The notes under the pieces are model-generated. The model did not search any database. It was not told the origin of the DNA and saw only the letters and a program-made list of their open reading frames with translations. Positions 27,094-61,077 of a stretch of 64,000 nucleotides of DNA are shown here, in pieces (position 1 is the stretch's first letter; each line of letters begins with the position of its first letter). Origin of the DNA: Perna viridis (lineage: Eukaryota); NCBI GenBank assembly GCA_037379345.1, contig CM074513.1:40110885-40174884 (forward strand), written 5' to 3'. The translations under genes were made by a program, and so were the position numbers.

Positions 27094-30000
27094 TAACTCA
27101 TTGTCTATAAATACCTATACTTCTTTACTAAGTACCAATGCCTTTTGTAGTGGATCATTCAGTGTATGATTTCTGTCTGATCTCAAGATAAATATACGGT
27201 ACTGTTATTCATATTACATTCTTGTGGTTGATCAATACATGTAGTTAGTCAGACCTTGTGTTTGAGTTATCTCCCTTTCAAAGGTTTTATTTTGATTATA
27301 TATACAAGATTGGTACTATATTCAAGTACTGTTGCACTTCTTTGATTTTACTGACTACAGGAGAAATTTGGTTGTAACAGAAATGTTTCTTAATTACATT
27401 TAGAAGATTAAAGGAGAAAAACTTAAATATATCTTTTATTCTTGTACTTAGTATGTGCTGTTGTCCTAAAACTGCATTTAATAACAACCGTTTCATAAGG
27501 AATGAATATATTTATGACAAATTAATGTTTGGTTCAGTTTGTTGGAAAGGAGAATGTCTGTGTAAATAAATGAAAAGATGACTTGTTTTTGTAGGATACA
27601 GCTCTCTTGCTGTTTTCCATTTCCTTGCTCCGGAATCCGATGTTATTTATAAGGATACAGATTACTTGGTGTGGCCATTACAATCCTATAATGAGAATAT
27701 TATTTTCTGTAGGATGGCCATAATTAGCATCATCTGTCGCAAATTAGTAGCAAGCACCTGTCCATGATTGTGTATTGATCAGAAGGATGTTAACTCATCA
27801 ATAATTACTTATTTACATTATTTTCCTCTTTAATTGATGCTTATTTTTTCTTGACTTGTGTTAATTGTCTATGTTGATAATCATCTACTGATCATGTTGT
27901 GTTTTGTTCTGATGTTCTGACACCTTTAAAATCTATATATTAACAAGCCACTTTTGTTACTGTTCATCTTTTTGTTGAATTCCAGAACTTGGCTGAAAAA
28001 AAAAAATTCAAAATCATCGTGTCAAAAACGATTTTAGAAGAAAGGGTGAGTTGAGTATATTTAGCCAAGACACAGTACTGTGGTTGAAGAGAAAGTTGAA
28101 AAAACTCAACAGACATTGTTTTTGGTCCTTTTGTTGCTTAATTATCAATTGATTTATCGACTGATCAAGAAAATTTCCTCCAGTAAATTATCTGTTATCT
28201 CCTCCTTAAAAGTTCACGTCCTTTAAGTGTTCTGTGATTTAGAAGATATTGAAGTCCATCCTATCCATACAAGTCCAATGATTGTCAAATGCAGACTTCT
28301 TCATTTCGAAGTCAATTTTCAAGTGTGATAGAAGCAAACAGGATTAAAAATGAAGAGATAAATCTCACAAGTGTGTCGTGGTTAACCAGAGAGCTGTGTA
28401 TTGGAATTCTCCCTTATTAATTGCTGACATCTGAAATTATCTGTTATACATTTTCCTATAGAACAGCCTGATTTTCTGGGTTATTTGTGCCAGATGTAAT
28501 ACATATTCCTGCAAGTCTTGACTTCAGTTTTTTTTTAGTTGTTTTAGGTTTTAAAAAATTCTAAGAAATTCATTGTTCATAAAATCTGCAATTGGTACGC
28601 CCACCTTATCCTGATTTTTTCATTCTGCAGGAAGATAGGTTAGAATGTGACTGGCCTTGGTTTACTTGTGTATCTAAGATTAACGGAAATACTACTTGAA
28701 GATTCTGATAAAACTGAGTTTCTCAACAACATGGTAAATATGGTACTCCATTGAAACTGAATCATATTACAACTCCAGTATGTTACAGTGTCCTAGGTTT
28801 TATGTTTATTCTAAATTCCTATAGTCTAATCGGTTTCTGAAAAATATTGTTTTTATGTTTGGTCTCATCTTGATTCTTTCCTTTGGCTTCATACCAGTAT
28901 ATCTTCAGAATAACATTTGTAAATCCTTTTTTTAATAATAGCTTTTTTTTCAAGTTCATAAGAGATTGGAATATTGGCACCTTTGTACTTTGATAATTCT
29001 AAAACTTTCTTTGATGTCACATTTATAAAAGCAAACATTAGTAAAAAAGAAAAGTATTGAAAAGTGTCAGGTGATTTTTTCTCAGAGAGCTTTTTAAATT
29101 GATTTGAGTTCAAGCATTGAATAGACTTTCAATAAACATGTCTACAGGTTTTTAGTAGATGTTGATAGTGTGGGAGTTGTATTTTGTCACATGAGGTTGA
29201 TTTGTATGATGTTTGACAACATGGGCCTCCATTTTGTTGCTTGTGGTCATGTTCCATCCAAAGAAATTTAGGTGTGGATTCAGTGCTCTACTTTTTAAAA
29301 TCGAATCCATTTTTAAAAAAGTATTGCAAAAAGACAAAAAGAACATCTTTTTGACTGTTGGTTACTTGTAAATGAGTTAAAATTATTTATAATCTGTTTT
29401 TTACATATTCATGTGAAAATTCACCTAAAATTGCAATAGTTATATAAATTATTTCATTTTTCCTTGTGATAAGTCATTTGATTCATATATCATACCTAAA
29501 AGGGAAATCCTATTTGAAAGAAGCTTCCACAACAAGACTTCTAACTTTCCTGTTGTTGTATTTGTCTGATTATTTCTTGTCTTTCCCATTGAAATACCTA
29601 GGAAATAATGATCCTCAAGTACTGCTATAGAGGATGCAATAAAAATCATCATATATTATGAATATTAATGGGAAAATCAATAAGTTTACATTCACATGTG
29701 TATTTACAAGTACTTGTCACACTTATCTAAGGAGGTTAAAAGTCATACAAATGGAAGATTAGGGACATCCCTTTGTTTGTATCAAGGTCTGTAATGTTTT
29801 TCATTATTGACAATTTTCATTGATAATTCATTGGTGATTTTGTAATGTCAAGTATAGAAGAAATTCTTCTGATTTGTGTTAACAGTGTTTCTGTCAAGAC
29901 TGGTTACAGAACTTTACTGATGTTTAACTCTGGTGTGTTTACCCTGGTGTGTTTAGTCTCACTTCTTGGCAGCATGTCTAGAGGTCTTACTAAGATATTA

Positions 30001-30492
30001 ATCTAATTAGTCAAAGAATCAATTCCTGAATGTGAGATTATTGAGGTCGTGGTAGAATATTGACCTATATAACTTTTTGATATCTTATTGATCTTATTGT
30101 TGATGTTGGCACTCTTGTATGGTGTAAGATAAGGCTTAGAAGGATGTCATGATATTTTCTAAACATAAAAATCTTAAGTTTGTGTCTGATTTTCTTTTAA
30201 GTCTGTGTCACAAACATCAAATTATTTTGCATTATTTTTATTACATGATGCATCTGTAGAAAGCTTTAGCTTAAGTTTTTGGATAAAATCTACAATCATA
30301 GTTAGCTATAGCTTATCAGAGGAGCAGAGAAAAACAAACATGTGATTAGCCTCTTACACAGGCAATATTATTTCACATGATTTTCACAAGAATTTCACAT
30401 GATTTTCACCTGAATTGAGCAAATAAACTAAGTGACAGAGTTCACATGAAATTCGGGTGAATGGAGCCTTTATGTGAATTTCACATGAAAAT

Positions 30493-30687
30493 CATGGGGA
30501 TGGGGGAGAACCAAACATATATTACCAACCAACCATAGGGATGTGGGGTGATCCAAACATGTGTTACCTACCAACCATAGGGATTGGGGAGAACCAAATA
30601 TGTGTTACCTACCAACCATAGGGATGGGGGTGGGGAAACCAAACATGTGTTACCTACCTACCATAGGGATGGGGGAAACTAAACATT
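30493..30687 (+). repeat. Minisatellite, about 41-45 bp x about 4.5 (CCATAGGGATGGGGGAGAACCAAACATGTGTTACCTACCAA)
   Basis: Units start near 30493, 30534, 30576, 30617 and 30662. Confidence 0.9.
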
Positions 30688-33307
30688 TTTGATTTACTTC
30701 TTATGTCCTAACATGTGACTTGCCTTAACATGCTAACGACTTGAGGGAGAACCAAACATACGATTAGCCTCACTGTTTTCCAACCAAATGACAAGAACAT
30801 TGTAAGACAATGTCAGTTTTATTATTAACTTGTTATAAATGTTGAGGTATGACTTTGTTTACCTGTATTTCAAGGTGAGTTGTGGCATACTTCCTGTCAA
30901 CATGGGGAATGATTAGTCTTCATTGGCATATAAATGTATTTTGCTAGTATTTGTCATTTTTAAGCTTTTCGTAAATGGGGTTAGTCTCCATTTATTATGG
31001 CCTTTATTGTCAATTTTTGCCTTCATAGGTGGAAACATAAATGAAACATAAACTTTAGGTAGATTTGCATACAGAATTTGAACATATGTTAAATAGGGTT
31101 ATCAGTTTTTGCAACATGTTTGTTTGACTGTTTTATATGGGTCAAATGAAATAAGCAATTACCTGAATCGATGTATGTATACTTATGAATTTTGTGAAAG
31201 TGAAGACTCCACACAAAATGTGAAACTTCTATTACCAAATAGTATGTATGTTCATGCCATTTGTCACAAAAGATTTATTGACTTTCCTTACTAACCCTTA
31301 CCATCTGGGAACCTTAGATGGGCTATTTTCCAATGTTGTGTTCTTGTAATTTTATTTTTAGCTTTGGAAACCACAATTTGATTTCATATGCAGGCAGAGT
31401 GACTGTGCTTTAAAATAAGGCTAGCTTATACCACTTTATATAAAAAAATAGGGACTTGACAGCTGAACAAGAGGTCATGTGTTAAGAAGGCCACAAAAAA
31501 AAAACTGTGATTTTTTTTAGGGGTAGGGCTCAGTTCTCAGCAGAATGGATCCATTGTGCTTCATTTCACCTAGGTTCTATAGAATAATGATGTCTCTCAC
31601 CACTCCCACAATGTCAACCCCATATATTAACCACTTCTGATTTTAAGCCAATCTGAAGCAAAAAATTGCAAAAAATCCTCATTTTTTCTCATGAGTGACC
31701 TCTCTGCAGTCTTATGACTGTAATGAACAATTTTTGGCTTAAATGACCATCAAAGGGAACAAGCTTTGATAAAAAATTGCACTTGTGACACTGTCTTATA
31801 CCCTGGTGAGCACCACATCTGGTGAAAAATGACAAAAAATCGCCAGAAATGACAATTTTCAGGCAACAGACCATTTTCCCATGCATCACAGAATCTAGAC
31901 CTTTTTTCAAACAAATCAACATCGTAAGTGTTAAAAACAACCCTGAAATAGTTATAATAATTTGTCTCTAGTGCATAACTGATGTCTGCCTGGATTATAA
32001 CCATTTCTTCATGGTCACCAGCCATTTAGGTGTTTCTAGAAAACTTTAGATCCCTGACTCTCATGGTGCACCCAGATTTCGGTTCAGGAATACTGGTACT
32101 TTCACTGTTTTAAATCTTTATTGCTTGTAGACATAAGAATGCATTCAAGGAAATATTACAATCAATCTGTAAAGTAGTACATTAACTTAGTCTGGTCACA
32201 TGTGTTATCCAAGATCAGTATCATAATTGTAAAGAATTTGACATAGTTGCATAATTGGGGTTTACGTATGATGCATTATAATTACTTTTAGTAGGGTGGG
32301 GTGGTATGATTTAAGTGGAAACTTGAATCTTCTTCAGAATTAACCTACTTCATAACAACCACCCCCATCTAACCTATCATTGGTAAATCTTTTGATATTT
32401 CAATGGGTTCAGTTAATGGAGTTCTTTTTAAAATTAATTTTAGACAATATGATTATTGTTTTCTTTTTTTAGTTTCAAGTATTCTCACTTAACATTTCCA
32501 GTCAAGCATATCCCCTTTAATATAAATGAAATAATGGTTCAACAGTTTTCGTAATTTTAGAGTTCACTTCAAGGGTTAGAAGAGAACTATCTTTGAATAT
32601 GTTTTTTGATTCTGATTTAAATGAGTAGACTTAAGGTTTGGGAGGCTTTATAAGCCCTCAAGGTTCATCAAATAGAACTATAATTACCTTTGGTTTGATA
32701 GTCAAGGTTAGAGTAGACCATAACTTTACCATACTGTCACCTGTACCTATCAAATAATACCTTTTTATGATAGAAAATGATTTATATAACCACAAGTTAC
32801 TATATATGGTAACTCTTCTACATGTAGAACATCTAAATATATACATTGAAGTAAATTATGACAAAGTGTTGTTTTATGCTCATGTATTATGAACATGTTA
32901 TTTAAATATTTCAATTTTTTTTACATTCAGAACTTTATAATGCTCTAAAGAAGGTCTACTTTTACAATACCAATGTTACTAACAGTGATGTCCTAAAGAA
33001 ACACATCAACTGTCAAAACTTGGCAATGTTTCTTATGTGTACCAGAGAGTATCTTTAAATTATAGTTCCATTACTTAATGTTAGTTTTGACAAGAAATTT
33101 CAATTTTGAGTCCTTTAAACTGTCTACAAGTTAATTAGTAATACAGAATTTTGTTGACTTTACTGTTTCAGTTTTTGTGTTTTGTCTTATTTTTCTTATC
33201 ATCAGTTTATAAATGTTATCTATTTTATTGGGTTTCCTAAGTGATGCATGCAGATTGTTTTTGATTCCTGTTTTCATGTTCTGGCCATGACTTTGGATTT
33301 TGACTTA

Positions 33308-33373
33308 TTTGAATTGTCCCATTCTTTTTGTGGATATTTGTTTGAATTGTCCCATTCTTTTTGTGGATATTTG
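33308..33373 (+). repeat. Perfect 33-bp tandem duplication
   Basis: tttgaattgtcccattctttttgtggatatttg x2. Confidence 0.95.
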
Positions 33374-36300
33374 ATACCTAAATGAAACAATCTAGCACAT
33401 TAGATTAACAACAGTTCTTCAAACCATATCAACTACCCTTTACTTTAACTTGACTCCTTAATTAAAAGTCCTTTATGTTGGTTACTTACAGTAATTAACC
33501 CCTGGTTCAGTGTATTTACAATGTAACAATCTCCCATTTTCTTTCTACAAGAATGAGGAAAAATTAAGGTAGCAAAAACTAATGCTTAAGGTAGCTTTGG
33601 TAACATTCAATATCTGCATAAATGTTTAATTGTCACTCACTTAGCTTCTAATTTATTAAACTTAGTTAAGCAGGTGATTCTACTGTTGGCAATGCAAATC
33701 AATGGGCAGCATGATACTTATTTTCTTATTAGTCACCTGATTCCATTAGTGAACCAAGAGAACCATTTAGTAAATATCTGATGTTTTTAAGATACTGTAC
33801 CATCAATCATCATCATACGATCCAGAGTAACAAGTCCTGTAAGGTTTCTCAGTTAATCAAAAGACTGATTTAATAAATTCTAGCATCATTATGATTGTAG
33901 GGTGTTTCTAAGTACATATTTGTAAGCAATTGTGATAACGTTACAATAAATCCTCTCCTGGTCGAACCATATCTCGGTACAAATAGCCTATCACGGTCCC
34001 ATTCAGTATTTGACAAGCTTAGCAGTTAGGTCAGGTTTCCCTACTGATTTTCATGTACCGAGTGTGTTGTTGACACTAGAACATCATCCAAGTGTGTTGT
34101 TGGTGGAAAAAACACTTTGATTTTTTCAGGACTATGTGGTGTAGAATATAATTTTATTTATATCTTGGTTCCATTAATTTGACTAAATGTAAGTTATCAT
34201 TATATGAATAATTAATACAGTTGTTTTTTTTCTCATGTTCATATTACAACAATGAGAAGGATATTCATCAGACATGTCTATCAGTGATATTTTATCATAC
34301 AAAAATTTTATTTGATTCATTGATGCTTTTTTTCTTCCATTTGCATAATAAATGTTTTGATTGCAGTAAAAAGAAAGAAGTGTTGAAATAGAAAATGTTA
34401 AAGGTAACTTGTCTATAATGTAAAATAAGACATTAATGGTGGGCTAATTCATTTACATGGAAAATATGTCACTTTCCAGTTCATAATGAAATATTCTTTT
34501 CTATAAATCTGTCTCATTAATTATTAAAGTAAAGAGATTCTGCCATGATTACATATGCATAAATGTCTATTCATTGACTTATGAAAAAATTCTGATTGAT
34601 AGATTTCATACACTCATAGAAAACTTATGTCTAATCAGTGTCAAAGGAATTTGTTCTGAGCTGTGGAAAAATATGATAACAAAATATATCTTAATGAGGA
34701 TCTAATTAATTAATACAATTACTGGACAAGGAAATAGGATGCAACTGATGCAGTCAAGGATTTTAAACAGGAAATCCTTGCTGCAGTGACATCATAGTAG
34801 TCTGAACTATCTGTAAGTTGGCTTTGTTTTTTTTCTTTAATGAAATTTATTTTTACTACAATGTTTTAAATTTTTGTTGGTTTTGTTAAAATGTCATTTC
34901 ATGTTTTTCAAATGTATCAATCATTTGTGTATTGCATATCAATGAAATTAAGAAGACAATTGTTACACTGCAGCTTTCAGCATATATTGATGTTTTAGCT
35001 ATGTAACATTTTCAGGTGAAATAGAAAGTAGGGTTTCTTTGCAAAGCCTAAACAATAAATTGTAACATTTTTCTACATTTCTCAAGTTCAATAGTGACAC
35101 AGTAATAGTGTACTAGATAAAAAATACAAGTTTGATTTTTATCTATCCCTTTCCTGTAGACTTTTTATTATGAAAGATTTCTAAATAAAAGTAGTTAGTC
35201 ATATCCTCATTAGATTTTAAGTTATCACCTACCATTATAACCCAGGAAATCACTGCTACTAGGTATTTGTTTACATTAACAGAAACAAGAGTAATAAGAC
35301 AGATCTTTTATTTTAAAATTATGAAAATATGATGATTAGAAAATCCCATTATCATCAGGAAATAATGATGTTAGTATTAACAAATTTCAGCTTAATCTCA
35401 TCGACTATGTATCAATAACCAATAAAGAATTATGAAGCTTCATTTCAGTTTACTTTGTTTTAACATACATACCCTTAGATTGTTAAATGTATGTCAGATA
35501 TTTTTTTAACATTTTAAAATAAAAATTAAGTCATAAAAGTCAATTTACTTGCTTGTGGTAAAAGGAAAAGAATCAGGTTCTATAAATACATTGCATTAGT
35601 CGTGGGTAGTTTGGTCTATTTTAAATGTATATATTTACATATAAATATGATAATCTATTGGGATTAATCTATAATTGTCTTAGGTTTTCTATACTTAGTG
35701 ACAATTTCATCTTATATTTTTCAATAATATAGTTTAGAAAATATGGATATTCTATTTCAGTAATAGGTCTGACGTGGAGATGATGGATATTATAAATAAG
35801 AGAAATATCACATGTGCAAGTCGACTGATGTTCTTTTATTCATGTAAGGGTTATTACTGGGTACAATGTTGTTGATAATTAGCACTATGTAGGAATCATC
35901 TTCATGGGAGATACAAAATAAGAGTGTTAACAGTACCATAGAGAGGCTGTGAAGGGTGCATCAGCTCTTCAAATACCAATTTTTTCAATTTAAGCCATCA
36001 TTTTTAGCTTGCTGACAGTTTTGTGTTTGAACATTGTGGATTAGATGACTTGAGGAAATAAGAGTGGTTCTGTTGAAGCACAGTAGAGATTGATTGTTGT
36101 CTAATGTCATGTAATAATGAACAAATTTATTGTATTTTATTGTATTGTATATGGTTTGTTTGGATTTTTGTATATTTAGTGGAGTATTTACTTTGATAAA
36201 AAAAAAAACTCTTGTGCATCTAAAACATTTTGTTTAAGAAATTTGAAACCTAAAGTAAGTCCTGAATTTATTACAATGTTTTGGTCATTGTGAAAAATGC

Positions 36301-37130
36301 AACAGACTTAAAATTGCAAGAAGAAAAGCTCACATTATTGATAATTTTACAGGAACAGAGTTGCATTTTTTTTTCAAAACCACCAAAATTTAAGTTAAAG
36401 TTTTTACTGAAATGCAAAATCACAATTATTTATAATCTATAAATCTGTAAATAATATCTGAATTTTCTAATAGCAGTTGGTTTCAGCATTACATGTGAAC
36501 TTCAGCACACTATATTTAAGTTTTACTGAATAATTATATCTATTTAACATTGATAGACAAAGAAATTCATTTTAAATGCCAAGCTTATATATTAAAAAGT
36601 TTTGTAAACTGTTTTCTGCATGATTAAGAGAATTAAGGAATTAATAACTGAATATTTATAAACACAAGTGTTCAAGCCAAGATTTTGTGTTTAAATGATT
36701 TATTGTCCTTGTGTTGTCTTCTGTGCTTGTTAAATGCCCCTAAGGTGTGCTCAGAACAGAGGGTAAGTTAGCACTTTTTTTGTATTTAGGAGATAACTGT
36801 ATTTTACTTGAAAATTTGGTGGTATTTAGGCATCATTCATATATTTGATAGTAGTAAATAGAGTTTCCTGGCATCACTTTTGAAAAGCCAGAAATTTGGT
36901 TATTTGTTACCATTAAATCAAGATTGATGGTGACAATTAAGTTATCATGTATATTTTTTTTTTCGGCACTGCAGCCCTCTCCTGTTAATTCTGACCTGGT
37001 ATTGCAACATGCAAGACAATATCCTGCTTACAAAGAAATCATTTGTAAATATCTGCATTTACTTCATCTTCTATTTAGCCTTAGCTGTTGCAGTTGTGTA
37101 GAATTATAAGAATTTGTTTATTTTCTAACA

Positions 37131-37637
37131 GCCCCGTGCAGGTCCGGGTGTTAAAAGAATAGGCCTGCAGCAGCGCTAAGCTTGTCGTATAAGGCGACTA
37201 AATAGTGCTCAGAAACCTAGCCGGGGGCTAGGCGCTCTGCCCACAGAGCAACTGGGATGTGTGCCCCAGGTGGTGGAATGGGGTACCCCTGTCGTGTTAC
37301 ATGCTGGGGTTGTCAGGCTATAATACGGAAAACCTGACCGCAAACCATAGTGATGCACCGTGTTGGGAAAGATGCCACGTTCCTCGCACGTTAAAGAACC
37401 CTGCTGTGGTATTCGATAGGAGTAGGAAACTTTGCGCTCCGCCACAGGAGGCTAAATTGCCTGACCTTACCCAATCCCCCCTTTTTCCAGTGGCAATCAA
37501 AATTTGTCGACCCTATAATCGTTGTGACCCATCCTTTTTTTCATTGCATGTTCATTTTATCATCCATTTCATGTTCATTGTCTGAATATAGCTGAAATAT
37601 TGCTGCTCGGACGTTAAACCCCAACAAACAAAAAAAA
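37131..37637 (+). mobile_element. Full-length Meta-domain SINE-like retroposon with structured non-tRNA head (copy A)
   Basis: 12-bp TSD TATTTTCTAACA (37119-37130 and 37638-37649). Meta-like core CCGTGT..GCACGTTAAAGAACCC (37386-37401). LINE-type tail GAAATATTGCT..CGTTAAACCCC followed by (CAAA)n/poly-A. CpG-rich. Second copy at 52794-53298. Confidence 0.9.
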
Positions 37638-38301
37638 TATTTTCTAACATGAGACAGTGTTGTTTATTATGGTCAATGTCATTATACATTTACCATGTAT
37701 CTTGGTTATTGCTTTAATATGGCAAACTTTTGTCTGTGGGATTGTTCTAAAGTAATAATTTGACTAAAAACAAGCTAACCTAAGTAAGTGTAGCTTTAAC
37801 AGGAAGTCAGGATCCTAGCTGTTTCCTTTCACAATAATGGATAATCTATTTTTGTATTCTAAGACATTTTTTCTGTGTTAATGCAAAAAAGGGAGTGATC
37901 TTTTTGCTTCATGTGGAGCATACAAGATATTTCCAGGACAGGGAATTGTTGTGGCTGTGGTGTTTTGTCTTATTGGTCATTTAGTCTGCTTGGACTTACG
38001 GTAGCTGAATGTCTGAATGGTGATTGAACATTAATATTCATTGAGATAGTAATTGAACGTAACTGACAGTAGATGTAGTAAGCTGGAACCATCCAGATTA
38101 AGAAAATCCTTTGCTTGCTGTTGGATTTTTTTTGTGTTGATATACATGGTCTTACAACACAGGGTCACTTTGCTCTTGAAGAAACCCTCCTATTTTGTAT
38201 GTTTAATCATTTATTTCTTTTCTTGCAGGATTTCTAGTTCTGGTGATAAATCTTCAATAGTGGCTTCAGTACAGGAATCCCCACAGGAGGAAAAAGGAAA
38301 G

Positions 38302-61077
<22,776 letters not shown>

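Noticed and set aside
31630-32110. Overlapping minus-strand ORFs as a transposase fragment
   Set aside because: No catalytic motif is recognisable. It may be a non-autonomous DNA-element remnant, but I could not define termini or a TSD.
37131-37260. Canonical HDV, hammerhead, twister or pistol ribozyme in the SINE head
   Set aside because: There is no P1 3' strand or P4 in HDV order, no CUGANGA..GAAA hammerhead core, and no twister or pistol consensus by eye. It is kept only as an unclassified structured RNA.
37209-37585. ORFs in the SINE copies (108 aa and others; also 52813-53031)
   Set aside because: Frames are not preserved between the two copies because of indels. These are GC-rich non-coding repeats.
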